A stretch of DNA of 64,000 nt from Alphaproteobacteria bacterium (lineage in GTDB: Bacteria; Pseudomonadota; Alphaproteobacteria; JABAAW01). Below, one piece after another: positions 29,686 through 42,456 of this stretch. The notes under the pieces were generated by a model. The model searched no databases. It saw only the letters and a list, made by a program, of their open reading frames with translations, and had not been told where the DNA came from. The position numbers and the translations under genes were made by a program. How positions within the stretch are numbered: the stretch's first letter is position 1; each line of letters starts with the position of its first letter. The stretch covers positions 3,594 to 67,593 of the forward strand of contig OZ244186.1 of NCBI GenBank assembly GCA_965216625.1. Reading direction: 5' to 3'.

Positions 29686-30227
29686 TTCTTCTTCCCTTCC
29701 TTGCGATAGACGAACGCGCCGCTGTAGCGCACGCCCTTGCCTTTGTATGGCTCGACGGGACGGAAGGCGCGGATTCGCGACGCCACTTCTCCGACGCGTT
29801 GTTTGTCGTGTCCCTCGACGATGATGGTGCGCTCCGCCCCGACCGAGATCGCCATGCCCTCAGGGATGGGAAAGAGAATGTCGTGGCTGTATCCCAACGA
29901 GAGTTTCAAGGTCTTGCCCTCGACTTGCGCACGATAGCCGACGCCATCGAAGGAGAGTTGCTTTTTGAAGCCTTGCGAAACGCCGACGATGGCTTGTTCG
30001 ATGTTCTGTCGCACGGTGCCCCACATTTCGCGGCAACGTTTCGCATCGCCACGGGAGTGTTTCTTCGGCGTGACGCTGATGCCTTCCTCAAGGTGGCGCG
30101 TTTCTAACAAAGGCGACAGCGCGACCGAAAGGCTACCGCGCGTGCCGCGTGCGGTGAGCGTGGCGCCCTGCAACGCCACCTCGACACCTTGCGGTATGGG
30201 GACGATTTTTTTTCCTACTCGCGACAA
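29682..30227 (-). CDS. rplF: 50S ribosomal protein L6 (TTG start inferred).
   Basis: LSRVGKKIVPIPQGVEV aligns with the L6 N-terminus MSRVGKKP. The TTG at 30227 has a GGAG 8 nt upstream. The ORF-track start at 30257 is a GTG that overlaps rpsH. Confidence 0.75.
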   Translation of the reverse strand: MSRVGKKIVPIPQGVEVALQGATLTARGTRGSLSVALSPLLETRHLEEGISVTPKKHSRGDAKRCREMWGTVRQNIEQAIVGVSQGFKKQLSFDGVGYRAQVEGKTLKLSLGYSHDILFPIPEGMAISVGAERTIIVEGHDKQRVGEVASRIRAFRPVEPYKGKGVRYSGAFVYRKEGKKK

Positions 30228-30241
30228 GGTACCCTGCTCCG

Positions 30242-30658
30242 CTAGAAGATTTGACACAAAACTTCGCCGCCGACATTCTTACGTCGCGCTTCCGCGTCCG
30301 AAAGCATTCCCTGCGCCGTAGACAGAATCGCTATGCCGAGGTTGTTGTAAAAGCGAGGAATCGCGGTCGCCTTAGCATAGATTCGCCGCCCAGGCTTCGA
30401 GACGCGGCGAATCTCGCTGATCGCAGGAACTCTCGCAGCATACTTCAAGGTGATCTCCAGCGTGGGCTTGTTTTCCAGCCTGCGGGCTTGCTTGTTATGC
30501 GGCAGCAGGCGATAGCTTTCGATGTAGCCCTCTCGTTTGCACACCTCCAACAGCGCGCTCTTCAGACGCGAGGCAGGAGCGCACACCGTAGCCTTGCCCG
30601 CCGCTTGCGCGTTGCGGATGCGTGTCAAGAGGTCGCCTATCGGATCGGTCATCGACAT
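30242..30658 (-). CDS. rpsH: 30S ribosomal protein S8.
   Basis: MSMTDPIGDLLTRIRNAQAAGK...NVGGEVLCQIF. Confidence 0.85.
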   Translation of the reverse strand: MSMTDPIGDLLTRIRNAQAAGKATVCAPASRLKSALLEVCKREGYIESYRLLPHNKQARRLENKPTLEITLKYAARVPAISEIRRVSKPGRRIYAKATAIPRFYNNLGIAILSTAQGMLSDAEARRKNVGGEVLCQIF

Positions 30659-30669
30659 AAGAACTTACC

Positions 30670-30975
30670 CTACCAACTTGCCTTCGTGACGCCAGGCAGC
30701 ATGCCTCTTGAGGCGAGCTCGCGCATAATAATCCGCGACGCCTGAAAGCGACGATAGTAAGAGCGCACGCGCCCCGTAGACAAACAGCGATTGCAATAGC
30801 GCGTCTTGCTGGAGTCGCGCGGCAAAGAGGCTAGTCTCACCTGCGCCTCGAACCTCTCGTCGGGGGCGAGAGTTTTGTCGCGGATCTTCGCGCGTAGCGT
30901 CGCGCGCTTTGTTGCAAAAGCGGCGATCTTGCGTTCGACCGCCTTGTTGCGTTCTATCGTTCCTTTTCGTGCCAT
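30670..30975 (-). CDS. rpsN: 30S ribosomal protein S14.
   Basis: [18 protein letters not shown]...[24 protein letters not shown]. Confidence 0.85.
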   Translation of the reverse strand: MARKGTIERNKAVERKIAAFATKRATLRAKIRDKTLAPDERFEAQVRLASLPRDSSKTRYCNRCLSTGRVRSYYRRFQASRIIMRELASRGMLPGVTKASW

Positions 30976-31053
30976 CGTAAAAATTCCTAGTAAAAATCCT
31001 TGAAAAAGTGTTCCTAGTTCATCCTAGCAAATTTTGCAGCAAAAGACGCGTGT

Positions 31054-31662
31054 TCATGAGCGTTCTGCCACAAAAGGAAAATTGAAGCCCTCGAGCAGAG
31101 CCAAGGCTTCTGCGTTGGTGGTGGCGGTTGTGCAGACGACGATATCGAGTCCTCGAATTTTGTCGATCTTGTCGTAGTTGATTTCGGGGAAGACGATCTG
31201 CTCGTGGATGCCGAGCGCGTAGTTGCCCTTGCTGTCGAAGGATTTGCGCGAGAGCCCTCGAAAGTCTTTGACGCGCGGCAGAGCGATCGTCGTCAATCGA
31301 TCTATGAACTCGTACATGCGCGCTCTGCGCAAGGTGACTCGGCATCCGATTCCCTGTCCTTTTCGCAGTTTGAATCCTGCGATCGCGTTGCGCGCGCGCG
31401 TGATGGCGGGACGTTGCCCTGCGATCAGGGTGAGGTCTTCGATGGCTTTTTCCAAGTTTTTGCGATCGGAAGCCGCTTCGCCGATGCCCATGTTCAGGCA
31501 CACCTTGTCCAAACGCGGCACTTCCATGATGTTGCGATAGGAGAACTTCTCCTTGAGCTGCAGACGCAACACCTCGTCGTAGTGCAGACGCAGGCGAGGC
31601 TTCGCCGCAGACGGCGGCGCAGAAGAGGGAGAGGGTGTGGAGGATGGAGGTGTTTCGGACAT
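31054..31662 (-). CDS. rplE: 50S ribosomal protein L5 (with an S/P-rich N-terminal extension).
   Basis: L5 core [41 protein letters not shown]. The start at [14 protein letters not shown] (31662) leaves an 8-nt gap to rplX; the ORF-track start at 31734 would overlap rplX by 65 nt. Confidence 0.8.
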   Translation of the reverse strand: MSETPPSSTPSPSSAPPSAAKPRLRLHYDEVLRLQLKEKFSYRNIMEVPRLDKVCLNMGIGEAASDRKNLEKAIEDLTLIAGQRPAITRARNAIAGFKLRKGQGIGCRVTLRRARMYEFIDRLTTIALPRVKDFRGLSRKSFDSKGNYALGIHEQIVFPEINYDKIDKIRGLDIVVCTTATTNAEALALLEGFNFPFVAERS

Positions 31663-31669
31663 TGTTGCC

Positions 31670-31996
31670 TCAACTGCGTTTGGGCTCAAAGATCGTTTGT
31701 CCCGATCGTTTGGCGTAGCGAACCTTTTTTCCATCCTCGATGCGAAATCCTACGCGCGCCGGCTTGCCGTCCTTCGGATCGAGCGTCATCAGAATGCAGA
31801 GCGGCACTGACAGCTCTTTTTCGATGATGCCGCCGTCCGTCTCGCGCGTCGCCTTCGTGTGGCGTTTCACGCGATTGACCCCTGCCACGATCGCGCGCGC
31901 ACGCTCAGGAAAGACCCTGAGAACCTCGCCCTCGACGCCCTTGCTACGCCCGGAGCGAACGAAGACCTTGTCACCTTTGCGAATCTTGGATGCCAT
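31670..31996 (-). CDS. rplX: 50S ribosomal protein L24.
   Basis: [28 protein letters not shown], a KOW motif. Confidence 0.85.
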   Translation of the reverse strand: MASKIRKGDKVFVRSGRSKGVEGEVLRVFPERARAIVAGVNRVKRHTKATRETDGGIIEKELSVPLCILMTLDPKDGKPARVGFRIEDGKKVRYAKRSGQTIFEPKRS

Positions 31997-32010
31997 TTTA
32001 AACTAAAACC

Positions 32011-32370
32011 TTAGATGACTTCGGGCGCGAGCGAGACGATCTTCATATAACGCTTCGCGCGCAACTCGCGCACGACAGGTCCGAAGATGCGCGTTCCGAT
32101 CGGCTCGCCCGTTTTGCTCACCAAGACGGCAGCATTGCGGTCGAAGCGAATCGCCGAGCCGTCGCGCCGCTGAACAGGATAGGCAGTGCGCACGATCACC
32201 GCGCGCAAGACATCGCCCTTCTTCACGCGCGCGCGCGGCAAGGCGTCCTTGACCGCGACCACGATGACATCGCCGACGCTCGCCGTCCGCCGTTTCGAGC
32301 CTCCCAGCACCTTGATGCATTGTACCCGCCGCGCGCCGGAGTTGTCCGCGACGCTCAAGTGGCTTTGCAT
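32011..32370 (-). CDS. rplN: 50S ribosomal protein L14.
   Basis: [24 protein letters not shown]. The start was verified at the ATG at 32370; the ORF-track start is 22 codons upstream. Confidence 0.85.
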   Translation of the reverse strand: MQSHLSVADNSGARRVQCIKVLGGSKRRTASVGDVIVVAVKDALPRARVKKGDVLRAVIVRTAYPVQRRDGSAIRFDRNAAVLVSKTGEPIGTRIFGPVVRELRAKRYMKIVSLAPEVI

Positions 32371-32375
32371 TTGAA

Positions 32376-32618
32376 TCACGAGCCGCTCCCCTCGTCGAGA
32401 ACTTCCCAACACTTGCGTTTCGACAAGGGACGGCATTCACGAATCCGCACGACATCGCCCACAGAAACGCGGTTGAGCTCGTCGTGCGCCATGAACTTCT
32501 TGGAACGGCGCACGACCTTCTTGTACAGAGGATTTCTCACGCGACGCTCGACAAGCACCGTCACCGTCTTGTCGTTGCGGTTCGCGACAACCTCTCCTTG
32601 TAAAATACGCTTCGGCAT
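32376..32618 (-). CDS. rpsQ: 30S ribosomal protein S17.
   Basis: [34 protein letters not shown]. Confidence 0.85.
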   Translation of the reverse strand: MPKRILQGEVVANRNDKTVTVLVERRVRNPLYKKVVRRSKKFMAHDELNRVSVGDVVRIRECRPLSKRKCWEVLDEGSGS

Positions 32619-32622
32619 ACTG

Positions 32623-32898
32623 TCAGTCCTTTTTATCCTCTGATTTCGTTTTTTGTTTCGTTTTTTGCTTTTCTTCCAGATCGCGTTGAGCGAGCAATGT
32701 TTTGATGCGCGCGATCTGTCTCCGCGCGACGCGCACGGTGTGCGATGCCTCCAATTGTCCCTGCGCCTGACGAAAGCGCAGGTTGAAGCCCTCGCGTCTG
32801 AGCGCGATCAGTTGCTCCTTCAGTTCCGAGGCAGTCTTGCGCTTGAGCGTGTCGAACAGCCTGTTGACGTTTTGTGTTTCGTTGGTCTTTGCCATCAT
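32623..32898 (-). CDS. rpmC: 50S ribosomal protein L29 (with a KQKTKQKTK-rich C-terminal extension).
   Basis: [29 protein letters not shown]29 core. 91 aa against the usual 65 or so. Confidence 0.75.
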   Translation of the reverse strand: MMAKTNETQNVNRLFDTLKRKTASELKEQLIALRREGFNLRFRQAQGQLEASHTVRVARRQIARIKTLLAQRDLEEKQKTKQKTKSEDKKD

Positions 32899-32905
32899 TT
32901 TTTTC

Positions 32906-33334
32906 TCACCCCTTGTTCCCTTCGAGCGTCAATCTGGAGACAACCTTTGTGTCTACCGGCAACTTCGCCGCCGCCAGTTTCAAGGCTTGGTCTGCCAGCG
33001 TATCGGCGACGCCCTCCATTTCGAACATGATGCGGCCAGGATTGACACGGCAGGCCCAAAATTCGGGCGACCCCTTGCCCTTGCCCATGCGCACCTCGAT
33101 GGGTTTCTTCGAGACGGGAATGTCCGGAAAAATACGAATCCATATCTTGCCTTGCCTGCGGATGTGCCGCACGATCGCACGCCGTGCCGCCTCGATCTGA
33201 CGCGAGGTGATGCGCGCGCTCGTCAGCGCCTTCAAGCCGTGCGAGCCGAAGTTCAATCGGCTGCCGCCCTTCGTAACGCCGCGCACTCTGCCTTTGTGCA
33301 CCTTCCGATGTTTCGGTTTTTTCGGAATCAGCAT
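32906..33334 (-). CDS. rplP: 50S ribosomal protein L16.
   Basis: [24 protein letters not shown]... Confidence 0.9.
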   Translation of the reverse strand: MLIPKKPKHRKVHKGRVRGVTKGGSRLNFGSHGLKALTSARITSRQIEAARRAIVRHIRRQGKIWIRIFPDIPVSKKPIEVRMGKGKGSPEFWACRVNPGRIMFEMEGVADTLADQALKLAAAKLPVDTKVVSRLTLEGNKG

Positions 33335-33354
33335 CGATCAATCTCCAGCCTCGC

Positions 33355-34032
33355 CTACGCCAAGTTCTCGTTGCCACGTGCTTTCGCGCGTGCCGTCGGA
33401 TCGTAACTCATGATCTCGCCCTTGAATATCCAAACCTTGACACCGCAAACGCCGTAGGTCGTCATCGCGCTCGCCGTGCCGTAGTCGATGTCGGCGCGCA
33501 GCGTATGCAACGGAACGCGACCCTCCCGATACCACTCCATGCGCGCGATCTCCGCTCCCCCCAACCTTCCCGCGCAATTGATGCGAATGCCTAATGCACC
33601 CATGCGCAAGCTGTTCTGCACAGCGCGTTTCATCGCACGACGAAAGGCGATACGACGCTCCAACTGCTGTGCCACCGTCTCGGCGACGAGTTTTGCGTCC
33701 AGCTCGGGTTTGCGAATCTCTTGAATGTTCAGCGAGATTTCCATCCCCGTCGTTTTCTTCAGATCCTCGCGCAGCTTCTCGATGTCTGCGCCGCGCTTGC
33801 CGATGATCACACCAGGGCGCGCCGAGAAGATCGTCACCGAGGGGTTCTTCGCTGCTCGTTCGACCAAAATCCGTGAGATCGACGCTCCCTTCAAGGTGGC
33901 ATAAAGATGCTTGCGCAACGCCAAGTCCTCGTGCAGCAACTTGCCGTAATTCTTGCTGTCCGCATACCAACGCGAATCCCAGCTGCGATTGATACCGACG
34001 CGAAAGCCGATTGGGTTTACTTTCTGTCCCAT
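33355..34032 (-). CDS. rpsC: 30S ribosomal protein S3.
   Basis: [24 protein letters not shown], a KH domain. Confidence 0.9.
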   Translation of the reverse strand: MGQKVNPIGFRVGINRSWDSRWYADSKNYGKLLHEDLALRKHLYATLKGASISRILVERAAKNPSVTIFSARPGVIIGKRGADIEKLREDLKKTTGMEISLNIQEIRKPELDAKLVAETVAQQLERRIAFRRAMKRAVQNSLRMGALGIRINCAGRLGGAEIARMEWYREGRVPLHTLRADIDYGTASAMTTYGVCGVKVWIFKGEIMSYDPTARAKARGNENLA

Positions 34033-34039
34033 CGTTCGA

Positions 34040-34513
34040 CTAGCCCTCCTCGCGCTCTTCGACGACGATCGTCATCGCGCTGAAGTCCTTGATGATCGGC
34101 GCGGCTCTTCCCCGCGCCCGCGGACGAAAACGCCGCATCCGCCGAGCCTTGCCAACCCAAGCCTCCTTCACAACTAAACGATCGATATCCAACTGCTTGT
34201 TGTTCTCCGCATTCGCAACGACCGAGCGCAAAAGCTTGCTTACCTCAAGCGCGATGCGCTGCTTCGAAAAGCGCAACTCTTGCAAGGCGCGATCGACAGG
34301 CTTCAGGCGAATCGTACGCGCGACATCGTTCAACTTCCGCGCGCTGATGCGCAACATACCCGCCTTGCCTCTGCTCTCGCGCTCGCCGCGACCGTAGCGC
34401 TGCGCCTCGACGCTCGCCTTATCCTTGTTGCGCAGAGCTTTGCCCGCAACAGCACCCTTGCTCGCAGCCGTAGCTTTTTCAGGCTTTGCGGCGGATTGAT
34501 TTTCCTCTGCCAT
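34040..34513 (-). CDS. rplV: 50S ribosomal protein L22 (with a 30-aa N-terminal extension).
   Basis: Alpha-type L22 core [26 protein letters not shown]...[31 protein letters not shown]. There is a 26-nt gap to rpsS. Confidence 0.8.
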   Translation of the reverse strand: MAEENQSAAKPEKATAASKGAVAGKALRNKDKASVEAQRYGRGERESRGKAGMLRISARKLNDVARTIRLKPVDRALQELRFSKQRIALEVSKLLRSVVANAENNKQLDIDRLVVKEAWVGKARRMRRFRPRARGRAAPIIKDFSAMTIVVEEREEG

Positions 34514-34539
34514 CGCTTGTTCTCCTCTGCTCTGCTTGT

Positions 34540-34818
34540 TCAGACGCGTTTCGCCTTCTTGTCGCCCGAATGGGCGAAGAAGGTGCGGGTTGGGGCGAAC
34601 TCGCCGAACTTGTGTCCGATCATGTCCTCGGAGACGAAGACAGGCACAAACTTTCGACCGTTATGCACGGCGAAGTTCAAGCCGACAAACTGCGGTAGAA
34701 TCGTCGAGCGTCGCGACCATGTTTTGATCGGATCCTTGCGTCCCGATTCGCGCACCTTCGCCGCCTTGGTGAGCAGGTAGCCGTCGACAAAAGGACCTTT
34801 CCATACAGAGCGTGACAT
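34540..34818 (-). CDS. rpsS: 30S ribosomal protein S19.
   Basis: [19 protein letters not shown]... Confidence 0.9.
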   Translation of the reverse strand: MSRSVWKGPFVDGYLLTKAAKVRESGRKDPIKTWSRRSTILPQFVGLNFAVHNGRKFVPVFVSEDMIGHKFGEFAPTRTFFAHSGDKKAKRV

Positions 34819-34839
34819 AGCAAGAACTTCTCCTGTTTG

Positions 34840-35670
34840 TTAGCGTTTTTTTCCGCGCGCGCGGATGATGAGTCGGCTGGACGCAGATTTCTTGCGCGTC
34901 TTCATACCTTTCGTTTGCTTACCCCAAGGCGAGACGGGATGTCTTCCTCCGGCTGTTTTTCCCTCGCCGCCGCCGTGCGGATGGTCGATGGGGTTCATGG
35001 CGACGCCGCGCACGGTCGGGCGTACGCCGAGCCATCGCTTTCTTCCTGCCTTGCCGAGTTTCTTGTTTTTGTTGTCGGGGTTGGAGAGTGTTCCGATCGT
35101 CGCCTTGCATGCTCCAGGCACCATGCGGATTTCGCCGCTTTTCAAGCGCACCTGCGCATAGCCCTTGTCGCGTCCGACTATTTGAGCGAATCCCCCTGCG
35201 GCGCGCACCATCTGTCCGCCCCTGCCTTCCTGCAACTCGATGTTATGCACCAGCGTGCCGACGGGCAACGAAGACAGCGGAGCGGCGTTGCCCGGTTTCA
35301 CATCCACCGTCTCGGCAGAAACGACATAGTCGCCCGCCGCAAGCTTTTGCGGCGCAAGAATATAAGCATGCTCGCCGTCCTCGTATTTCACCAGCGCGAT
35401 GAAACAGCTGCGATTCGGATCGTACTCTAAACGCAACACTTCTCCTTTTGCGTCGAGCTTCTTGCGTTTGAAGTCGATCGTGCGATAGCTCTGCTTGTGT
35501 CCGCCGCCGATGTGGCGCGTCGTGATGCGTCCGCGATTGTTGCGCCCGCCCGTCTTCGGCTTGCCCTTCGTCAGAGCCTTGAACGGCTTGCCGCGATGCA
35601 ACCCCTCGCGCACTACCGAGACCAACGCGCGGCGACCAGGAGAGGTAGGTTTGGCAGACTTCAACGGCAT
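34840..35670 (-). CDS. rplB: 50S ribosomal protein L2.
   Basis: [19 protein letters not shown]...GGGHKQSYR... Confidence 0.9.
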   Translation of the reverse strand: MPLKSAKPTSPGRRALVSVVREGLHRGKPFKALTKGKPKTGGRNNRGRITTRHIGGGHKQSYRTIDFKRKKLDAKGEVLRLEYDPNRSCFIALVKYEDGEHAYILAPQKLAAGDYVVSAETVDVKPGNAAPLSSLPVGTLVHNIELQEGRGGQMVRAAGGFAQIVGRDKGYAQVRLKSGEIRMVPGACKATIGTLSNPDNKNKKLGKAGRKRWLGVRPTVRGVAMNPIDHPHGGGEGKTAGGRHPVSPWGKQTKGMKTRKKSASSRLIIRARGKKR

Positions 35671-35683
35671 AGCAACAGATTCC

Positions 35684-36010
35684 CTACTTCGTTACAGAAC
35701 CGATATCGATGCTTTCGCCCTTTGCCAGGCGTACAAAAGCTTTTTTCGTTTCTTTGCGCCTGCCGACCCTGCCGCGAAAACGTTTCTGCTTGCCCTGCAA
35801 GCGCGAGGTTGTAACTTTGTCTACCTTCACCTTGAAAATTTTCTCGACCGCTGAGAGGATTTCAGGCTTCGTTGCATCCAAGGAGACATTAAAGGTCACC
35901 TCGTTGCGTTCCGCTCCGAAGGTCGCCTTTTCGCTGATGACGGGCTTTTGCAACAGCGCGAGCGCACGCGAGATGGAAACATCCGTTTTTTTGAAATACC
36001 TCCAGCTCAC
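35684..36010 (-). CDS. rplW: 50S ribosomal protein L23 (GTG start overlapping the rplD stop).
   Basis: L23 core [46 protein letters not shown]. The GTG at 36008-36010 overlaps the rplD TGA (GTGA). The ORF-track upstream 176 aa is read-through into rplD. Confidence 0.8.
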   Translation of the reverse strand: MSWRYFKKTDVSISRALALLQKPVISEKATFGAERNEVTFNVSLDATKPEILSAVEKIFKVKVDKVTTSRLQGKQKRFRGRVGRRKETKKAFVRLAKGESIDIGSVTK

Positions 36011-36648
36011 GACAGCACCTCTCCCCCTGTGCCTCGCCGCACGACCTCTGCGAGCGTGCTTTTTCCTAGCAGCAGCGCGTCGTACTTGACGATATCGTAG
36101 ATATTCAACCCCTGCTGCGCGACGAGCAAAAGCTGCGGCAGATTGCGCGCCGCCAGCTGAAAGTTGCGGTCGGGCGTTTCTCCCAACACGATCATGGCAT
36201 TCTGCAATGCCTGCCAGTTCTTGCGCTTTTGTTGCAACAACGCCGTCTTCGGCGCTTCCAGTGTCTCTTGCTCGATCACGAAGAGTTTTCCCTCCCGTTG
36301 CTTCTCGGAGATAGCAGAGCAGAGCGCCGCCTGCCTCACCTTCTTCTGCAAAGAATGCGCGTGACTGCGCGGTGTCGGTCCGAAGACGACTCCTCCGCCA
36401 CGGAACTGCGACACCTTGCGCGTGCTTCTGCGCGCACTGCCCGATCCTTTCTGCCGCTGAATCTTGCGCGTGCTGCCGCGAATCTCGCCACGCGTCTTGA
36501 CCTTGTGCGTTCCCGCTCGACGTTTGGCAAGCTGCCAATTCACGACGCGCGCCAGCAAATCCTTGCGAAAAGGTGCGGCGAAAACTGCGTCGTCAACCTC
36601 GACCTCGCCCGTCTTCTTCCCGTCCAAAGAATGCACGGAAATCTTCAC
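36007..36648 (-). CDS. rplD: 50S ribosomal protein L4.
   Basis: [48 protein letters not shown]. Confidence 0.85.
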   Translation of the reverse strand: MKISVHSLDGKKTGEVEVDDAVFAAPFRKDLLARVVNWQLAKRRAGTHKVKTRGEIRGSTRKIQRQKGSGSARRSTRKVSQFRGGGVVFGPTPRSHAHSLQKKVRQAALCSAISEKQREGKLFVIEQETLEAPKTALLQQKRKNWQALQNAMIVLGETPDRNFQLAARNLPQLLLVAQQGLNIYDIVKYDALLLGKSTLAEVVRRGTGGEVLS

Positions 36649-37508
36649 GAGGAGACCTCCTCAACTTGCGACGCTTCCTTTTCAGCCGATTCGTCTTCGG
36701 ATGGATTGTTTTCTTTGAGGACTTCTTTGTTTCCTTTGATTCCTGCGGGTTTGGGTGTCTCGCTCGGCAAGGTTTTTTTGCCCGCGTCCCTGAGGATCAC
36801 CCATCCTCCCTTGGCACCTGGGATGCCGCCTTTGACGAAGATCAGATCCTTCTCCTCGTCCACGGCGAGGATTTGCAAGTTTTCGACCGTGACGCGCTTG
36901 CCGCCCATGCGCCCTGGCATTTTCTTGCCCTTGAAAACCTTGCCTGGAAACTCGCGGTTGCCGGTCGAGCCCATCGAGCGGTGCGAGACGGACACGCCGT
37001 GCGTCGCGCGCAAGCCGTGAAAATTGTGCCGTTTCATCGCGCCGGCAAAGCCCTTGCCGATCGAGAGCGCCGTCGCATCGACGAATTGTCCCGTCGCAAA
37101 GTGCAAAACAGAAAACTCCGCGCGCGGCGGAGGTAGACAATCTTCGGACACAGGAAAGGAGACGATCTTGCGCATCGTGGGACACTCGGCTTTGGCGAAA
37201 ACTCCGCGCATGGGCTTGCTCAAACGTTGCGGCTTCTGTTCTCCCGCGGCGACGCGCACGCGAAACAAGCCGTCGGGTGCGGGGCTCAAAGTCGTGTCAA
37301 GCACGCGCGCCCCCTCAAGCCTCAACATCGAGACAGGACAATGCCTGCCGTCGTCGGCAAACCATCGCGTCATGCCCACCTTCTGCGTCAAGATGCCGCA
37401 ACGCCGCGACTTCGGAGGCGGTCTCAAAGTCCGCTTAAGCGGGCTCGAAGGCAGGCTCGCTTCTGCGGGCGGAGCATCGGGTGTGGTCGTGTTTTCGGAC
37501 ATGGACAT
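36645..37508 (-). CDS. rplC: 50S ribosomal protein L3 (with N- and C-terminal low-complexity extensions).
   Basis: L3 core RCGILTQKVGMTRWFADDG. N-terminal 35 aa are P/S-rich. C-terminal tail ...[20 protein letters not shown]. Starts 9 nt downstream of rpsJ. Confidence 0.85.
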   Translation of the reverse strand: MSMSENTTTPDAPPAEASLPSSPLKRTLRPPPKSRRCGILTQKVGMTRWFADDGRHCPVSMLRLEGARVLDTTLSPAPDGLFRVRVAAGEQKPQRLSKPMRGVFAKAECPTMRKIVSFPVSEDCLPPPRAEFSVLHFATGQFVDATALSIGKGFAGAMKRHNFHGLRATHGVSVSHRSMGSTGNREFPGKVFKGKKMPGRMGGKRVTVENLQILAVDEEKDLIFVKGGIPGAKGGWVILRDAGKKTLPSETPKPAGIKGNKEVLKENNPSEDESAEKEASQVEEVSS

Positions 37509-37517
37509 GCTACGGCG

Positions 37518-37826
37518 TTAGATTTTCACCTCGATTTGGACACCCGCCGCCAAGTCGAGTTTCGAGAGTGCCTCGACCGTTTGCGGTGTCGAATCGATGA
37601 TATCGATCAGTCGCTTGTGCGTGCGCATTTCGAACTGCTCGCGGCTTTTCTTGTCGATGTGCGGCGAGCGTAGCACCGTAAAACGCTCGATATGCGTCGG
37701 CAGAGGAATAGGCCCTCGCACCTGCGCGCCCGTCTTGCGGGCGGCAGAGACGATCTCCAAGGTCGACTGGTCGAGCATCTTGTGATCGTACGCCTTCAGG
37801 CGAATACGGATGTTCTGACTTGCCAT
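37518..37826 (-). CDS. rpsJ: 30S ribosomal protein S10.
   Basis: [21 protein letters not shown]... Confidence 0.9.
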   Translation of the reverse strand: MASQNIRIRLKAYDHKMLDQSTLEIVSAARKTGAQVRGPIPLPTHIERFTVLRSPHIDKKSREQFEMRTHKRLIDIIDSTPQTVEALSKLDLAAGVQIEVKI

Positions 37827-37877
37827 AACCTTTAGACCACTTCTCTAACCTTTTCCAAGTTCACGCTCTGACGAGCA

Positions 37878-39068
<1,191 letters not shown>

Positions 39069-39105
39069 GGAAACAGTCTCCTGAGGGGTTGAGGTTGAAA
39101 AAGGG

Positions 39106-41178
39106 TTACGCCGATTCAGAACAGATCTCTTGCGCAATGTTCGGAGGAACATGCGCGTAAGAATCAAAAAGCATGCTGTATTGCGCACGCCCTTGGCTCA
39201 TGCTTCTGAGCGTATTGACATAGCCGAACATCTTCGCAAGCGGCACGCGAGCATCGATGACACGCGCGTTGCCGCGTTGTTCCATCGCGCCGACCTGTCC
39301 GCGGCGCGCGTTGAGATCGCCGATGATATCGCCCATGTAGTCTTCGGGTGTGACGACCTCCACCTTCATGATGGGCTCTAGTAGTTTTGCTCCTGCCTTA
39401 GGCATGGCTTCGCGAAAGGCTGCGCGCGAGGCGATTTCGAAGGCAAGCACAGAGGAGTCCACCTCGTGATGCGCACCATCGAACAGGGTAGCCTGTACAT
39501 CGATGACAGGATAGCCCGCGAGCACGCCGTTGTTCATCGCCTGCCGCAAGCCTTTCTCGACGCCGGGGATGTACTCCTTCGGCACGGCGCCGCCGACGAT
39601 TTTAGCGTTAAAGGTGAACCCCGAGCCCTTTTCGCCAGGCTCGAAACGCAAGGCGATGCGCGCGAATTGTCCCGCGCCGCCCGTCTGCTTTTTGTGCGTG
39701 TAGTCGATTTCGTACTTTTTCGTGATCGTCTCGCGGTAGGCGACCTGCGGTGCGCCGACATCGGCTTCGACCTTGAACTCGCGCTTCATGCGATCGACGA
39801 TGATCTCCAAATGCAACTCGCCCATGCCCTTGATGATGGTCTGCCCGCTCTCCACGTCGGAGGTGACGCGAAAGCTCGGATCCTCGCTTGCCAAGCGTCC
39901 GAGCGCCGTACTCATGCGTTCTTGGTCTGCCTTGGTCTTTGGCTCGACGGCAACCTCGATCACAGGCTCTGGAAATATCATGCGTTCCAAGACGAGCGGA
40001 TGCGCACCGTCGCACAGCGTATCGCCTGTCGTTGTGTCCTTCAGTCCGCACAGCGCGACGATGTCGCCGGCGCGTGCTTCCTTGATGTCTTCGCGCGAGT
40101 TCGAATGCATCAACAGCATACGACCGATGCGCTCCTTCTTGTCCTTGACCGTGTTCAACAGCTGCATGCCTGAAGAGATCTTGCCAGAATAAATGCGCGC
40201 AAAGGTGAGCGAGCCGACAAAAGGATCGTTCATAATTTTGAAGGCGAGCAACGAGGGCGGAACATCGTCCTTCGGCTCGCGCTGCATCCTGACGCCGTTG
40301 GTCTCTTCTCCCTCGACGGGGGGCAAGTCGGAGGGGGCTGGCAGATAGCTCACGACGGCATCCAAAAGCGGTTGGACACCTTTGTTCTTAAACGCGCTGC
40401 CGCAAAGGACAGGGACGATCTTGCCCGCAAGCGTCCCCTTGCGGATGCAAGCGACCAGCTCTTCCTGCGAGGGTGTCTTGCCGTCCAAGTATGCTTCCAT
40501 CGCCTTATCGTCGTGCTCGACGGCGAGTTCGATCATCGCCTCGCGTGCCGATGCCACTTTTTCGCGCATGGCATCGGGAATGTCCTCTGCGATCATCTCT
40601 GCTCCCAGCGATTCGTCCTTCCAGCGCAACGCGCGTTCTGCGACGAGGTCGAAGATACCCTCGAAGGCTTCTTCCTTACCCCACGGCAGTTGCAACACCA
40701 CGGGGGTAGCCCCCAACCTATCGCGGATCATGTCTACACAGCGATCGAAGTCTGCGCCCATGCGATCCATCTTGTTGATGAAGGCCATGCGCGGCACATG
40801 ATACTTGTCCGCTTGTCGCCAGACGGTCTCGGATTGCGGCTCGACGCCCGCGACCGCATCGAAGACGGCGACCGCGCCGTCCAAGACGCGCAACGAGCGT
40901 TCCACCTCGATGGTGAAATCAACATGCCCAGGGGTGTCGATGATGTTGATGCGATGATCCTTCCAAAACGTCGTAGTCGCCGCCGAGGTGATGGTGATGC
41001 CGCGTTCTTGTTCTTGCTCCATCCAGTCCATGACAGCGTTGCCGTCGTGCACCTCGCCGATCTTGTACGAGCGTCCCGTATAATAGAGGATGCGCTCGGT
41101 CGTCGTCGTCTTGCCCGCATCGATGTGCGCCATAATACCGATGTTGCGGTAGCGTTCTATGTCGGTTGTGCGTGCCAT
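39106..41178 (-). CDS. fusA: Elongation factor G.
   Basis: [35 protein letters not shown]. The start was verified at 41178. Confidence 0.95.
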   Translation of the reverse strand: MARTTDIERYRNIGIMAHIDAGKTTTTERILYYTGRSYKIGEVHDGNAVMDWMEQEQERGITITSAATTTFWKDHRINIIDTPGHVDFTIEVERSLRVLDGAVAVFDAVAGVEPQSETVWRQADKYHVPRMAFINKMDRMGADFDRCVDMIRDRLGATPVVLQLPWGKEEAFEGIFDLVAERALRWKDESLGAEMIAEDIPDAMREKVASAREAMIELAVEHDDKAMEAYLDGKTPSQEELVACIRKGTLAGKIVPVLCGSAFKNKGVQPLLDAVVSYLPAPSDLPPVEGEETNGVRMQREPKDDVPPSLLAFKIMNDPFVGSLTFARIYSGKISSGMQLLNTVKDKKERIGRMLLMHSNSREDIKEARAGDIVALCGLKDTTTGDTLCDGAHPLVLERMIFPEPVIEVAVEPKTKADQERMSTALGRLASEDPSFRVTSDVESGQTIIKGMGELHLEIIVDRMKREFKVEADVGAPQVAYRETITKKYEIDYTHKKQTGGAGQFARIALRFEPGEKGSGFTFNAKIVGGAVPKEYIPGVEKGLRQAMNNGVLAGYPVIDVQATLFDGAHHEVDSSVLAFEIASRAAFREAMPKAGAKLLEPIMKVEVVTPEDYMGDIIGDLNARRGQVGAMEQRGNARVIDARVPLAKMFGYVNTLRSMSQGRAQYSMLFDSYAHVPPNIAQEICSESA

Positions 41179-41192
41179 CGTTCGCGTCTCGA

Positions 41193-41675
<483 letters not shown>

Positions 41676-41697
41676 CTATCTTTGCGTATGAGCCAAG

Positions 41698-42069
41698 CTA
41701 CTTGGGCTTCTTCATGCCGTATTTGGAACGGCGTTGTTTGCGGTCTTTCACGCCTTGCGTATCGAGCGTTCCGCGAATGATATGGTAGCGCACGCCAGGC
41801 AGATCTTTGACGCGCCCGCCGCGCAGCATGACGATCGAGTGTTCTTGCAAGTTGTGTCCTTCGCCGGGGATGTATCCTGTCACCTCGAAGCCGTTGGTGA
41901 GGCGCACGCGTGCGACCTTGCGCAATGCCGAGTTCGGCTTCTTCGGCGTCGTCGTGTAGACGCGCGTGCATACGCCGCGCTTTTGCGGACAGCTTTCGAG
42001 GGCGGGAACTTTGTTACGCGAGGCTTTGGCGCGACGGGGCTTTCGCACCAGCTGGTTGATCGTAGGCAT
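41698..42069 (-). CDS. rpsL: 30S ribosomal protein S12.
   Basis: [52 protein letters not shown]. Confidence 0.9.
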   Translation of the reverse strand: MPTINQLVRKPRRAKASRNKVPALESCPQKRGVCTRVYTTTPKKPNSALRKVARVRLTNGFEVTGYIPGEGHNLQEHSIVMLRGGRVKDLPGVRYHIIRGTLDTQGVKDRKQRRSKYGMKKPK

Positions 42070-42456
42070 GAAGCAAGAGTTAAGAAGGGTTAAAGAAGAG
42101 AAGAAGTTGCGTTGAGAAAAATTAATTAAAGACGAGTGAATCTAAAAAAGAAAGGGAATTTATCCCAGAGGGGGTTAAACAGCGCAAGCAACCGAGTGCC
42201 TATTCCTGCGCTTTACAAAAAAAGCACAAAAGAGACGAGGCTCGGTATCACAACGATGTCGTCGACGGCGCGGAGAATTTTTCCTCTGCGCTTATCTGTG
42301 GGTGATTCTAGGTTTTTGTTTTCCTTTGTCAAGATTTTTTTCGCTATTTTTTCTCTCGCGTGGTTGAGGAGGCGGTGTTAGGCTTGCTTCAAACGAGGGG
42401 GAGAGAGGCGGAGTTGGCATTGCTGACGAAGTCCTAATTTTGAGGAGCGTTATTTC
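42070..42456. promoter_or_regulatory. Divergent promoter/leader region for the rpsL super-operon (minus strand) and the acuI-like gene (plus strand). It contains a GGGAATTTATCCC hairpin motif.
   Basis: A 387-bp non-coding, comparatively AT-rich stretch upstream of both genes. The motif lies at 42154-42166. No promoter hexamers were called with confidence. Confidence 0.3.

Noticed and set aside
42136-42381. 81-aa ORF in the rpsL/acuI intergenic leader.
   Set aside because: It lies in the AT-rich promoter or leader region and has no RBS or conservation signal. It is more likely a non-coding leader.
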